A stretch of DNA of 64,000 nt from Candidatus Saganbacteria bacterium (GCA_016223205.1 JACRPM010000013.1:5002-69001); one strand, 5' to 3'. Numbered from the stretch's first letter, positions 13,199 to 23,935 are shown. Notes: generated from the letters alone by a model not told the origin. Numbers and translations are program-made.

Positions 13199-13963
13199 TT
13201 GGTGTTCATCGATACCCACGCCCACCTGACCATGCCCGAGTATTCGGATCTAAGCGAAGTTTTGTCTCGCGCCCGCGATGCCAAGATCGAAGCCATTATC
13301 AATGCTTCCTTCGACCTGAAATCCTCTAAAGAAGGTCTCCGACTGGCCAAAGATCACGATTTTATTTACGCTGCAATAGGGATCCATCCCCACGATGCAA
13401 ATCTAGTAGATCAAAAGATGATCGAGGAGCTGGAAAAACTGGCTTCCGACCCCAAAGTTGTGGCGATAGGGGAGACGGGCCTCGATTATTATAAAAACCT
13501 CCAGCCCCAAGAGGTCCAGATCGCGGCTTTCCGTAAATTCCTACAACTGGCTCAAAAGCTCGATAAACCGATCATCATCCATTGCCGTGAGGCGCAAGAC
13601 GATGTGATGCGGGTGTTGCGCGAAGAAAACCAGGGGAAAATGCGCGGGGTTTTCCATTGTTTCGCTGGGGACGAAAAACTCATCAAGTTCGCGAACGACC
13701 TGGGATTTCTGATCTCCTTTACCGGAAATATCACTTTCAAGAAAGCGAACCGAACGAGGGAACTCGCTAAACTAATCCCGCTTTCTCAAATAATGGTCGA
13801 GACCGATTGTCCCTACCTGGCGCCGGAGCCCTTCCGCGGCCGGCGCAACGAGCCCGCTTTTGTCGCTTATGTCGCCAAATCCCTGGCGGAGATCAAAGGG
13901 ATCACGGTCGAAGAATTGGCAATGGAAACCACCAAAAATGCGAAGAAACTTTTTAAGATCTAA
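13199..13963 (+). CDS. tatD: TatD family DNase
   Basis: IDTHAHL, GIHPH, IGETGLDY, ETDCPYLAP. Confidence 0.93.
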   Translation: MVFIDTHAHLTMPEYSDLSEVLSRARDAKIEAIINASFDLKSSKEGLRLAKDHDFIYAAIGIHPHDANLVDQKMIEELEKLASDPKVVAIGETGLDYYKNLQPQEVQIAAFRKFLQLAQKLDKPIIIHCREAQDDVMRVLREENQGKMRGVFHCFAGDEKLIKFANDLGFLISFTGNITFKKANRTRELAKLIPLSQIMVETDCPYLAPEPFRGRRNEPAFVAYVAKSLAEIKGITVEELAMETTKNAKKLFKI

Positions 13964-14942
13964 CCGGGATCCCGACTGGGCGGGTTTTTTCAGGCAAGTG
14001 GCAGCCCTTTTTAACGCCGGTCTTTCGCTATCTAAGATATTGGAATTGCTTGAAGGGAAGATCCAAGGTCTTGACCTGAAAAAAATAAGGTCGGGACTGG
14101 AGCAGGGCGGGGGACTGGCCGAGAGCTTGGGGTCATTGGGGCTCGAAAGATCCCTGCAAAACCTGGTTTCTGTGGGCGAAAGGTCGGGGGATCTGGGTGG
14201 GGTCTTAGACCGCGCGGCTGATCTTCTGGATAAAAGGCAAAGCTTCAGGAGAAACCTCCGGCAAGCCCTGACCTATCCCGCTTTTATCCTGATCGCCTGT
14301 TCTTTTTCGATCTTGGGGCTTTTCGTTTTTATTCTGCCGGTTTTTGCATCGATGTTTTCCGACTTTAACTATTCCCTTCCCCTTATCACCCGGGTGCTTA
14401 TCGGATTGCCAAATTATTGGCCGGTTATGCTTTCGGGCCTGGCTTTGCTTATTTGGTTCGCCATAAAGATCAAGACCAGCGACCGGCTAAAACACAAATT
14501 ACCGGTTTTTAACCAGATCCATCGCCATACCCAGGTCTCTTATTTTGCCCGGACCCTGGGATCACAGATCAAGAGCGGCATCTCGATACTGAACGCCCTG
14601 GAGCTTACGGCATCCGGCGCCGATCTTATCTATCGGAATGCCATAAACGATATTAAGCTCCGGGTCGAGAACGGGGAAAAACTAGCTTCCGCCTTATCTT
14701 CTTTTCCCGCGCTTTTCCCCCATACTTTCGATCAAATGGTCGCGGTAGGGGAAGAGACCGGGTCATTGGACACCCTGCTATTGCGCGCCGCCGATTATTA
14801 TGAGAGCGAAGTGGAACAAGCGGTAAAGAGGGCCGCGCTTTTGATCGAACCGGCATCGACTTTGGCCGTGGGATTGATAGTGGGGGTGGTCGCGTTCGCC
14901 ATGATAATGCCGTTGTTTTCCATAATGAATTCGTTATTATAA
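13938..14942 (+). CDS. Type II secretion/type IV pilus platform protein (GspF/PilC family)
   Basis: Two T2SSF repeats, GERSGDL, ALTYP, GEETGSLD, LIEP; start uncertain. Confidence 0.85.
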   Translation: MRRNFLRSNRDPDWAGFFRQVAALFNAGLSLSKILELLEGKIQGLDLKKIRSGLEQGGGLAESLGSLGLERSLQNLVSVGERSGDLGGVLDRAADLLDKRQSFRRNLRQALTYPAFILIACSFSILGLFVFILPVFASMFSDFNYSLPLITRVLIGLPNYWPVMLSGLALLIWFAIKIKTSDRLKHKLPVFNQIHRHTQVSYFARTLGSQIKSGISILNALELTASGADLIYRNAINDIKLRVENGEKLASALSSFPALFPHTFDQMVAVGEETGSLDTLLLRAADYYESEVEQAVKRAALLIEPASTLAVGLIVGVVAFAMIMPLFSIMNSLL

Positions 14943-14954
14943 GGAGGATATATC

Positions 14955-15365
14955 ATGAAAAGAAAAGGATTCACGCTGATCGAGATCCTGGTCGTGGTGG
15001 GAATAATAGGTTTATTGGCGGTATTTTTGGTGCCCAATCTGCTGGGAGCGCAGGACCGGGCTAAGGAGACGGCGGTGAAAGCGGTGATGCATTCGCTCCA
15101 GCTGGCGGTCGAGTCCTACAATATGGAAAACGAGAGCTACCCGGTGGCGCGGGGAGCGGCAGTCGAGAGTTTGTGCAAGAATTATCTTTTGGTCGGCGGT
15201 TATGTGGGCTCGGTCCCCAAAAATCCCTTCACGGGCAAGGAATACAAGGACGCGGACGTCGCGGGAAAGATAATTTACGATTATAATGACGTCGAAGGAA
15301 GATATACTTTAACCGGATATAAGAGAAATGGAACTTCGAAAATACTCGAGCTTTCTAATATGTAG
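14955..15365 (+). CDS. Type IV pilin/pseudopilin
   Basis: Prepilin cleavage motif KG-FTLIEILVVV. Confidence 0.9.
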   Translation: MKRKGFTLIEILVVVGIIGLLAVFLVPNLLGAQDRAKETAVKAVMHSLQLAVESYNMENESYPVARGAAVESLCKNYLLVGGYVGSVPKNPFTGKEYKDADVAGKIIYDYNDVEGRYTLTGYKRNGTSKILELSNM

Positions 15366-16863
15366 CTTATTGCTGATAGCTTCGGCCCAGGCGCTGGATT
15401 TTGACCCGCAGGGCAAGCTCATCTTATCGCTGGGCGGTGAAGTCTCGGTTTTAAACCCCATCCTCTCGACCGATACTTCATCGGGCGCAGTAGAGGGAGT
15501 CATTTTCACGGGGATGACCAAGGTCAACGAGAAGCTTGAAGTCATACCCGATCTCGCCCGATCCTGGAAGATATCACCAGACGGTAAGCTCTGGACGTTC
15601 TTTTTGCGTCGCGATGTAAAGTGGCACGACGGCCGGCCTTTCACCGCGGAGGATGTCAAATTCACCTTCGATTCCATCTTAAATCCCAAAGTCAACTCCG
15701 TCCGCCGCAGTGATTTTATAATTGATGGAAAACCCATCCAATTCAAAGTTATTGATAAATTCACCCTGCAAGCGATACTGCCCAAGCCCTTTGCCCCCTT
15801 CCTGGTGCGCTCGGGGATGAGCGTGATACCAAAACATCTCCTGTCCGGCAAGGATATCAATACCGCGGATTTCAACCGCAAGCCCATCGGGACCGGTCCT
15901 TTTAAATTTGCCGAGTGGAAGACCGGGGATTTTGTCCGGGTGGTGCGCAACGACAAATATTACGACGGCCGGCCTCGTCTGGCCGAGATCCTCTTTAAGA
16001 TCATCCCCGATGAGAACGCAACCCTGGTGGCGCTCGAAGCCGGGGAGATCGATTCGGCCGGTATCCCGCCCAAAGATCTTTCGCGCATGAAGAAGCTTAA
16101 GGGATTGAGCATATACGAATACGACGCCCTGCTTTATACCTATTTGGGATTGAATATGGATAAACCATATTTTAGGGATAAAAGAGTAAGGCAGGCGCTG
16201 GCCTATGCCACCAACAAGAAACAGCTGGTTTCTTTGATATTAAAAGGATTGGGCTCCGCGGCTTATTGTCCCTCGGCGCCTATTTCGTGGGCCTATTCCA
16301 ACGATGTGGAGAAATATCCTTATGATCCAGAAAAAGCGAAAAAACTCCTGAAAGCAGCGGGCTTTGAGAAGCTGGAGTTCACCTGCTTGGTCAATCAGGG
16401 CAATAAAGAACGTGAAAAGGCGGCCATAGTTCTTCAACAGCAATTCAAAAAAGTCGGAGTGAAGATGAATATCCGGGTTTTGGAATGGTCGGCCATGCTT
16501 AAGCTTATCAACAAGCCCACGGCCCCCAAGGATTTTGACGCGATGATCATCGGCTGGTCGCTGGGGCTCGATCCCGACAATTATTCCATCTGGCACAGCT
16601 CCCAATTCCCCCGGGGCTTTAATTTCATCCATTACCAGAATCCCGAAGTGGATAAATTACTCGAAGCCGGCCGCACCACCATGGAAAAAGCCAAACGCAA
16701 AGTCATCTATGCCAAACTGAACCGCCTCATTTCCGCAGACCAGCCATATGTTTTCCTCTGGTATCCTAAGGTGGTCACCGGGGTGAGCGATAAGGTGGGT
16801 GGGTTATCAAAACCGGGCCCGGCCGGATTGTTCCTCAATATCGAAAAGGTCTATAAAAAGTAA
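15328..16863 (+). CDS. Peptide ABC transporter substrate-binding protein (OppA/DppA family)
   Basis: SBP family 5 motifs KWHDGRPFTAEDVKFT, PIGTGPFK. Confidence 0.92.
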   Translation: MELRKYSSFLICSLLLIASAQALDFDPQGKLILSLGGEVSVLNPILSTDTSSGAVEGVIFTGMTKVNEKLEVIPDLARSWKISPDGKLWTFFLRRDVKWHDGRPFTAEDVKFTFDSILNPKVNSVRRSDFIIDGKPIQFKVIDKFTLQAILPKPFAPFLVRSGMSVIPKHLLSGKDINTADFNRKPIGTGPFKFAEWKTGDFVRVVRNDKYYDGRPRLAEILFKIIPDENATLVALEAGEIDSAGIPPKDLSRMKKLKGLSIYEYDALLYTYLGLNMDKPYFRDKRVRQALAYATNKKQLVSLILKGLGSAAYCPSAPISWAYSNDVEKYPYDPEKAKKLLKAAGFEKLEFTCLVNQGNKEREKAAIVLQQQFKKVGVKMNIRVLEWSAMLKLINKPTAPKDFDAMIIGWSLGLDPDNYSIWHSSQFPRGFNFIHYQNPEVDKLLEAGRTTMEKAKRKVIYAKLNRLISADQPYVFLWYPKVVTGVSDKVGGLSKPGPAGLFLNIEKVYKK

Positions 16864-16864
16864 C

Positions 16865-16891
16865 TGAAATTTCCCAAAACCCCAGCCGATA
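16865..16891 (+). promoter_or_regulatory. Alternative-sigma-type motif TGAAAT-N16-CGATA (site 1)
   Basis: TGAAATTTCCCAAAACCCCAGCCGATA, 1 nt after the oppA-like stop. Confidence 0.75.
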
Positions 16892-16923
16892 TTAACCCGG
16901 AGCGATCCAGAAGGGAGAAAGAA

Positions 16924-17319
16924 ATGACAGTTAGAATGGCGCGAATGAGGTTTGCCCCCATCAGCGGAGACGGCGGAAAAGACTACCGGAGGGACAATCT
17001 TAAGGCATTGGCAGGCCAAGGGCTTAGCGTTACCCCGAACTTTTTAAGCCAAATCAAAGGAACCAACCGAATTGCCCAATTCTTTAGGATTATGGATCTT
17101 AAGGGCGTTCTGGGGGGGCGGACCGGCACGGTAGAAACGCTGAACCGACTTTTCCGCCGGTGGTACGTACTGCAGACCCACAGCAATCCGGACCCGTTTG
17201 GTGCGCAACGCCCGGGAGAAGATTGGTTTTGCCTTTCAGTAATGGCCAAAGGACCGGCCAAGAAACTTGTAAAAACGATCGATCTGGGAGCATGGTATTA
17301 CAGGCGGATCTGGAGATAG
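16924..17319 (+). CDS. Orphan hypothetical protein
   Basis: 131-aa ORF with GGGAG RBS downstream of motif site 1. Confidence 0.65.
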   Translation: MTVRMARMRFAPISGDGGKDYRRDNLKALAGQGLSVTPNFLSQIKGTNRIAQFFRIMDLKGVLGGRTGTVETLNRLFRRWYVLQTHSNPDPFGAQRPGEDWFCLSVMAKGPAKKLVKTIDLGAWYYRRIWR

Positions 17320-17378
17320 CGGCCGCAGTTAGGTAGGCAATCAAGGTGCATTGCTGTCGGGTGTTATTGGTTAGCGTT

Positions 17379-17437
17379 AGGCGAAACGTTTGGCGTCGTG
17401 GGTGCCGCGTGACGCATCTCACCCGACGATTCGCCTG
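17379..17437. repeat. GC-rich hairpin element
   Basis: AGGCGAA...TTCGCCT and CGTCG-GGGTG/CACCCGACG arms; partial reverse-complement similarity to 48737-48787. Confidence 0.5.
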
Positions 17438-17490
17438 ACACAACCGCTACCGTCCAACCCCTTACCTTCCTAAAATATTTCAAATATTAC

Positions 17491-17517
17491 TGAAATTTCC
17501 TATGGGCATAACAGATA
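17491..17517 (+). promoter_or_regulatory. Alternative-sigma-type motif (site 2, AGATA variant)
   Basis: TGAAATTTCCTATGGGCATAACAGATA followed by the same leader as site 1. Confidence 0.65.
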
Positions 17518-17548
17518 ATAACCCGGAGCGATCCAGGGAGGATTTAAT

Positions 17549-18190
17549 ATGGTTGAGTTAGGAAGATTGGAAAGTTCGATGGCGCGGTTTACCGGGGTGG
17601 GAGCATTACGGAGAGGGGTGGGACTGTGCAGGGCAGATGGCAGTGGATCGGTAAACACTCCACCACAAATAAATGTTCTTGGGCTGCTTATTATGAGACC
17701 AACTGGAAAGTGGGAAGTTTCCCCCGGCAATTTATTTGTTAAATTTAAAGATCGGCAGGGTGAAGCTGGAGTTATCATTGAAAATAGATATTGGAAAAGT
17801 GTGCCAAGAAATATAATGGAGAGGATATTAAAAGTCGATTCATTAATGTGGGATATAATAAGTGGAAAAGACATGATCCATTATTATCTTCCAGAGAACA
17901 TCCCTAGCATGAGAATGTTCGGGGTCGACCTCTTTCCAATCCTAAATCTAAGAGATATTGATAAGGGCGATTCGCCCGAGAAAGATGTTTTAGAAATACT
18001 CACAGCTTTAGGCGCAAGAGATGGCCGTAAGATAGTCGAGGGGGTGCCAAGCTCTTTTAGCAAATATGGGCATTCTTTTTCAGAGATCGGCCAACTCAAA
18101 CAAAGTGTTATGAGCACCTGGGCTAAACATGGTTCCTCAGCAAACAGTGTGCTAAGACGGAACCTGCGACTAAACGTCGCGGTTCCTTAA
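17549..18190 (+). CDS. Orphan hypothetical protein
   Basis: 213-aa lower-GC ORF with GGAGG RBS. Confidence 0.7.
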   Translation: MVELGRLESSMARFTGVGALRRGVGLCRADGSGSVNTPPQINVLGLLIMRPTGKWEVSPGNLFVKFKDRQGEAGVIIENRYWKSVPRNIMERILKVDSLMWDIISGKDMIHYYLPENIPSMRMFGVDLFPILNLRDIDKGDSPEKDVLEILTALGARDGRKIVEGVPSSFSKYGHSFSEIGQLKQSVMSTWAKHGSSANSVLRRNLRLNVAVP

Positions 18191-18203
18191 ATCTATTGAT
18201 TTT

Positions 18204-18243
18204 AATCAGGAAACCGCGAAGTTCATTCGCGGGTTTCCTGATT
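18204..18243. terminator. Hairpin between convergent orphan genes
   Basis: AATCAGGAAACCGCGAA-gttca-TTCGCGGGTTTCCTGATT. Confidence 0.55.
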
Positions 18244-18324
18244 TCTCATGTCATTTTTTCTGTTAACCTGACCGCAATACTTGATAATCATATCCTGGGC
18301 GAAAAATATTATATAGCGGAAGAA

Positions 18325-18453
18325 TAGGGGCTTTTCAAGAGAAAGCGGAAAAGATTTCGGCTTTGATGTAAAAGCCCTCAAAAGGTTGGATAAGATCATG
18401 TTTCCCAATATATCAGCGGCCTTTTTAACGCTAAGCCCTCGGAGAAATCCTGC
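18325..18453 (-). pseudogene. Near-identical duplicated fragment of the small gene at 19759-19959
   Basis: About 128 bp matches 19783-19910 with few differences. Confidence 0.85.
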
Positions 18454-18487
18454 ATGCCTTGATGATATTGTTTGACATCGTGGTAGT

Positions 18488-19147
18488 TCATTTCCTAAAG
18501 AATATAACCGGTAAACTTTGCCCTTCGACAAACACATAATGCAGTTCCTTGAAACGCGCGCCGATTTTATTGAATCTCAAAGGCAAAGCCCAGGTATCCC
18601 GCATCGGCCTGCTTTCCACAAAATAACCGCCGGGCTTTATTATCCGATAAATGTCGCTTAGCGCCCGGTCAGCGTTGGTATGGGTTGCTCCGGTTAAGAG
18701 ATCATCAGTGTAGGCATTATATTCGCGGGAATACTGTCCCAAAAAGTAGATCATCTCCTTGTTCCAGAAAACCAGATCGATCCTTTCATCGGGGAAGGGC
18801 AGGGTGCGGATATTGGCCCGAACGACGGCCACATGGGGATATCTGGTCTGCACCCGCTGTAAGCCCTCTTGTCTTTGGTCGACTGCTAAAGAAGTTATCC
18901 CCGGGACGTTTGGCAGAAAAGAATGGTCCAGGCATCCCAACTCGACCGCGGTCTTAATGTTGCCGGCCCAGGAATAAAAGACCCCTAAAAAAGCGGAAGG
19001 GGTTTGTTCGAAAAGTCGGGGATCGGTCAGGGGAGAGCCCGACACCCGGAGGTATTTCCCCTTGGGAGCAACCCGACCTTTCACTCCTCTTATGATCTCC
19101 CGGATAAAAGCGTCCGGTTTTCCGCGAACATGCATTACGATATCCAT
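18488..19147 (-). CDS. Class I SAM-methyltransferase-fold protein with degenerate motif I
   Basis: AVELGCLDH, ANIRTLPFPDERIDLV, YRIIKPGGYFV. Confidence 0.7.
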   Translation of the reverse strand: MDIVMHVRGKPDAFIREIIRGVKGRVAPKGKYLRVSGSPLTDPRLFEQTPSAFLGVFYSWAGNIKTAVELGCLDHSFLPNVPGITSLAVDQRQEGLQRVQTRYPHVAVVRANIRTLPFPDERIDLVFWNKEMIYFLGQYSREYNAYTDDLLTGATHTNADRALSDIYRIIKPGGYFVESRPMRDTWALPLRFNKIGARFKELHYVFVEGQSLPVIFFRK

Positions 19148-19158
19148 GGCTGTTTAAT

Positions 19159-19185
19159 TATCGGGCAAAGCCGTTAAGAATTTCA
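19159..19185 (-). promoter_or_regulatory. Alternative-sigma-type motif (site 3)
   Basis: Minus strand TGAAATTCTTAACGGCTTTGCCCGATA, 11 nt before the ATG. Confidence 0.75.
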
Positions 19186-19226
19186 TTGACAATTTGCGCA
19201 TCTGGGGCGGGTATTATAGGAAAGGG

Positions 19227-19778
19227 CTATAGAATCTTTTTAAGGGTATTCCAGATTCTTAAATCTTCGGCCTCGTCCGATAGCTTTTGAGCCCAAGAAT
19301 CAAGATATTTCCTATCAAGCTTGCTGCGGTGCCTTTCGATAATCGATTTAATATCCAAAATATCCCTTTCCCGACCGGGGATGAGCTTTAGTAAAATCAG
19401 GTCTTCGGGAGAAGGAATGTTGACCTTTTTTCCCAGCAGAGTTATTTTCATTTTGCGTTGAAAGGCGGAATCTTCGAAGTCCGTCGACGAAACAATAAAA
19501 TCAACCCAGAGCTCTTCAAAAGATATCCTAAACGCCCCTTTGAGTTCGAGGTCCTTCTGTATAGCTGTTTGGTTAATATCAAATCCCGCTTTTTTCATTT
19601 TAGACAAAAGCGCGATAACGGAAGATTTGGGAATAAAGACAATTAGATCGATGTCCTGCGTCATGCGGGGCTCGCCCAAAACCCCCACGGCCAGCCCCCC
19701 GATCAAAAGATAAGGCGTTTTTTCTTTTTCCAGTAAGGTTATCGTTTTTTGGAAAAGTTTATCGAGCGAGCTTGGCAT
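19227..19778 (-). CDS. Nucleotidyltransferase (AbiEii/DUF6036-like) protein
   Basis: YLLIGGLAV, PRMTQDIDL, EDLILLKL..GRERDILDI. Confidence 0.8.
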   Translation of the reverse strand: MPSSLDKLFQKTITLLEKEKTPYLLIGGLAVGVLGEPRMTQDIDLIVFIPKSSVIALLSKMKKAGFDINQTAIQKDLELKGAFRISFEELWVDFIVSSTDFEDSAFQRKMKITLLGKKVNIPSPEDLILLKLIPGRERDILDIKSIIERHRSKLDRKYLDSWAQKLSDEAEDLRIWNTLKKIL

Positions 19779-19959
19779 GTTTTAGGGATTTTTCAAGAGA
19801 AAGCGGAAAAGATTTCGGCTTTGATGTAAAAGCCCTCAAAAGGTTGGATGAGATCATGTTTCCCAATATATCAGCGGCCTTTTTAATGCTAAGCCCTCGG
19901 AGAAATCTGCTCCTTTTCTTCTCGTTTTCCTTAAGGAATTTATTGATATTTCTTATCAT
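19759..19959 (-). CDS. Small basic partner protein of the nucleotidyltransferase (putative antitoxin)
   Basis: 66-aa ORF overlapping the NTase start, preceded by TGGTATAAT. Confidence 0.6.
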   Translation of the reverse strand: MIRNINKFLKENEKKRSRFLRGLSIKKAADILGNMISSNLLRAFTSKPKSFPLSLEKSLKHAKLAR

Positions 19960-20125
19960 ATGTTTATAATTATACCACAAATGAAGACCATATATGCCCT
20001 TTTCGCTTCATAGCCCTGTCGCCTTGTCACCCTCATAGCCCTGCCTGCCCTGAATGCCTTTATAGCCTAGTTTTAAACAAGTGAAATTTGCGCATCTGGG
20101 TGCGGTATTATAGAATACCGGCAAG

Positions 20126-21023
<898 letters not shown>

Positions 21024-21043
<20 letters not shown>

Positions 21044-21839
21044 CAAATTACAAATGACAAATGTTGGTATTTTTATTATATTGATCATGGTAGTTGCGGC
21101 AATATTCGCCCCAATGATCGCGCCATATGATCCGTCTGAAATCGTGGAAGACAATACGCTGGCACCGTCTATTAAACACCTATTCGGGACCGATGACCTG
21201 GGGCGCGATATCTTCAGCCGGGCGCTTTACGGGGCGCGTATCTCCTTAACGGTAGGTCTGGTGGCGGTAACCATCGCAGTCCTGATCGGCACCCTTTTCG
21301 GCGCGATCGCCGGTTATTACGGCGGCCTGGTGGATTCTGCGATCATGCGCTCGGTGGACGTGATGCTGGCCTTTCCCTCGATCTTCCTGATCCTGGCTAT
21401 CCAGGTGATGCTCACCCCCAATATATATAATGTAATGATCGTGATCGGGCTGACCTCATGGATGGGGGTGGCGCGGCTGGTGAGGGGAGAGTTCCTCCGC
21501 ATTCGCGAATTGCAGTACGTGGAAGCAGCGCGGGCTATCGGCGCCTCCGATCTGCGCATCATTTTCCGCCATATTTTGCCCAATGCTATGGCTCCCATCA
21601 TCGTGGCGGGGACGCTGGGGATGGCAGGAGCCATCTTGACCGAATCGGCCCTATCTTTCCTGGGGCTGGGAGTCCAGCCGCCCATGCCCAGCTGGGGCAA
21701 CATGCTGATGGATTCCCAGGCCTATATGCGCGATGCGCCCTGGATGGCGATCATCCCCGGTATTTTGATCCTGCTGGCGGTCCTTTCGCTTTATTTTGTG
21801 GGCGAGGGATTGAGGGAGAGGTTGGATGTTAGAGGTTAA
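21024..21839 (+). CDS. oppC: Peptide ABC permease (OppC/DppC)
   Basis: HLFGTDDLGRD, EAARAIGA, LSFLGLG. Confidence 0.92.
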
Positions 21840-22614
21840 AGGATTATCTACGAGCTTCTATCAAGATGAGGTTGAGGTAAAAGCTGTGAATGACGTGAGT
21901 TTATCGGTAGCGTCGGGCGAATCGTTGGGCGTCGTGGGGGAGTCGGGGTCGGGTAAATCCACGCTGGCTTTATCCCTCTTGCGGCTGATCTACCCGCCGG
22001 GCAAAATTGTATCCGGAGAAGTTCTTTTTGATGGACAAGACCTCTTGAAGCTGTCGGAGCCGGAAATGATCAAGGTCCGAGGGGCCAGGATCTCCATGAT
22101 CTTCCAGGACCCCTTCACCTCGCTCAATCCGGTATTCACCGTGGGCTACCAGATCGCGGAGGCGATAGCGCTCCATCAGGGGGCAAACAGGAAACAGGCC
22201 TGGAGCAAGGCCGTTGAAATGCTCGAAACAGTCCGTATTCCGCATCCCGCACTCCGCATTCGTGATTATCCCCACCAATTTTCCGGCGGGATGCGGCAGA
22301 GGGTGATGATCGCGATGGCGTTGGCCTGCCGGCCCGAGATATTGATCGCGGACGAGCCCACCACCGCGCTCGATGTCACCATCCAGGCGGAGATACTCAA
22401 ATTGCTTAAGGACCTGCAAAAGGAGCTTAAGCTTTCCATTATATATATCACCCACAATTTCGGCATCGTGAAGCAGATGTGCGAGCGGGCGGTGGTTATG
22501 CATTTGGGTAAAGTGGTGGAAGAGGGCCGGATACAGGAAATTATGGATAATCCTCGGGAAGCTTATACCAAGAGTTTGATCGACAGTTTAAAGGTGTTGA
22601 ATGATAGAAGTTAA
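21826..22614 (+). CDS. oppD: Peptide ABC ATPase (OppD/DppD)
   Basis: [33 protein letters not shown]. Confidence 0.92.
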   Translation: MLEVKGLSTSFYQDEVEVKAVNDVSLSVASGESLGVVGESGSGKSTLALSLLRLIYPPGKIVSGEVLFDGQDLLKLSEPEMIKVRGARISMIFQDPFTSLNPVFTVGYQIAEAIALHQGANRKQAWSKAVEMLETVRIPHPALRIRDYPHQFSGGMRQRVMIAMALACRPEILIADEPTTALDVTIQAEILKLLKDLQKELKLSIIYITHNFGIVKQMCERAVVMHLGKVVEEGRIQEIMDNPREAYTKSLIDSLKVLNDRS

Positions 22615-23320
22615 AGAGCTGAAGAAATATTTTGGAGTGGTCCGGGCGGTCGATGGCGTGAGTTTGGCGGTAGAGTCGGGCGAATCGTTGGGCCTAGTAG
22701 GGGAGTCCGGGTCGGGCAAATCCACTTTGGCCAGATTAATACTTAAGCTCATTGAACCCGACAGCGGTACCATCAACTATGACGGGATCAAGAATATCCG
22801 CAAAGATTGTCAGATCGTGTTCCAAGACCCGCAGACCTCGCTCAATCCGCGGATCAGGATCGGAGAGGCGATCGGGGAGCCGATGGCGATCCATAAGATA
22901 GTAGAAAATAGAAAATCGAAAATAGAAAATAGGATTAAGGATCTGCTGGACATGGTCAAATTGCCTGCAGAATATGCAAACCGCTACCCTCACGCCCTGT
23001 CGGGAGGGGAAAGGCAAAGGGTGGGGATTGCCCGCGCTTTAGCGGGGGAGCCACGTTTTTTGGTGCTGGACGAGCCGGTCTCGTCGCTTGACGTCACCAT
23101 CCAGGTCCAAATACTGGATCTCCTCAAAGAATTAAAGCGGAAGCTCAATTTGACCTATCTTTTCATCGCCCATGACCTCTCGACAATCGGCTATATGTGT
23201 GATAAAATAGCGGTAATGAGAGCCGGGAAGATCCTGGAAATAGGGACAACAGAGCTTATCCTTTCTGCTCCGCAAGACCCCTATACCAGGCAACTCCTAG
23301 AGTCCTCACCTAAACTATAA
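22601..23320 (+). CDS. oppF: Peptide ABC ATPase (OppF/DppF)
   Basis: [29 protein letters not shown]. Confidence 0.92.
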   Translation: MIEVKELKKYFGVVRAVDGVSLAVESGESLGLVGESGSGKSTLARLILKLIEPDSGTINYDGIKNIRKDCQIVFQDPQTSLNPRIRIGEAIGEPMAIHKIVENRKSKIENRIKDLLDMVKLPAEYANRYPHALSGGERQRVGIARALAGEPRFLVLDEPVSSLDVTIQVQILDLLKELKRKLNLTYLFIAHDLSTIGYMCDKIAVMRAGKILEIGTTELILSAPQDPYTRQLLESSPKL

Positions 23321-23326
23321 ATCGGG

Positions 23327-23353
23327 TGAAATTTTATAAATAGCGCCCCGATA
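23327..23353 (+). promoter_or_regulatory. Alternative-sigma-type motif (site 4)
   Basis: TGAAATTTTATAAATAGCGCCCCGATA. Confidence 0.75.
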
Positions 23354-23372
23354 TAAGGACGGTGGAGAATAT

Positions 23373-23573
23373 ATGAAAGAATTCCGCTGCAAATTTTGTC
23401 ACCGGCTTTTGGCCAAGGTAGGCGAGGCCAAGAAGGTGGAGATCAAGTGTCCCAAGTGCAAGACCATGAATCTCTTCCGCGATGACGAGGTGCTGGTGGT
23501 GGAGATCGACGAGACCCACCTGCGCAAGCAGATCCTAAAAGGCAAGATCACCTACAGCGTTATCAATAATTGA
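23373..23573 (+). CDS. Mu Com-like zinc-finger protein (copy 1)
   Basis: EFRCKFCHRLLAK...EIKCPKCKTMN. Confidence 0.85.
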   Translation: MKEFRCKFCHRLLAKVGEAKKVEIKCPKCKTMNLFRDDEVLVVEIDETHLRKQILKGKITYSVINN

Positions 23574-23574
23574 G

Positions 23575-23601
23575 TGAAATCCCGGGCTCGAAACGTCGAT
23601 A
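23575..23601 (+). promoter_or_regulatory. Alternative-sigma-type motif (site 5)
   Basis: TGAAATCCCGGGCTCGAAACGTCGATA. Confidence 0.7.
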
Positions 23602-23617
23602 AATATAAGGACACCAT

Positions 23618-23824
23618 ATGAGCGAAGAGAACATGAAAGAATTCCGCTGCAAGTTCTGCCACCGGCTTTTAGCCAAGGTGGAAGACGCCCTCTCGGTTGA
23701 GATCAAGTGCCCCAAATGCAAGACCTTAAACCTCTATAACAGTGAAGAGATCGTGATCGTCCAGATGGACGAAGATTACCTCAAGCGCAAATTCAACAAA
23801 AACCTCGAAGCCGACCCCGTCTAG
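23618..23824 (+). CDS. Mu Com-like zinc-finger protein (copy 2)
   Basis: EFRCKFCHRLLAK...EIKCPKCKTLN; tandem paralog of copy 1. Confidence 0.85.
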   Translation: MSEENMKEFRCKFCHRLLAKVEDALSVEIKCPKCKTLNLYNSEEIVIVQMDEDYLKRKFNKNLEADPV

Positions 23825-23841
23825 TAAGTTCAAAAATTACC

Positions 23842-23868
23842 TGAAATTTTTCTAAACACCCCCCGATA
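23842..23868 (+). promoter_or_regulatory. Alternative-sigma-type motif (site 6)
   Basis: TGAAATTTTTCTAAACACCCCCCGATA. Confidence 0.75.
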
Positions 23869-23905
23869 TATTTCCGGAGACTCCGAGATGCTAAAAAGAT
23901 CCGAG

Positions 23906-23935
23906 AAGCCCCGACCAGTAGGGGCTTTTTTATTT
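23906..23935 (+). terminator. Terminator-like hairpin in the aldolase leader (possible attenuator)
   Basis: AAGCCCC-gaccagta-GGGGCTT followed by a T-rich run, between promoter motif and RBS. Confidence 0.65.

Noticed and set aside
18223..18537. 104-aa minus-strand ORF
   Set aside because: A chimera that runs through the duplicated fragment and overlaps the MTase-fold gene; treated as a remnant.
20082..20110. TGAAATT upstream of oppB as a 12th regulon site
   Set aside because: No CGAWA at the required spacing; TTGCGC-N17-TAGAAT explains it as a sigma70 promoter.
23373..23824. Mu-like prophage suggested by the com genes
   Set aside because: No transposase, mom, structural or lysis genes nearby.
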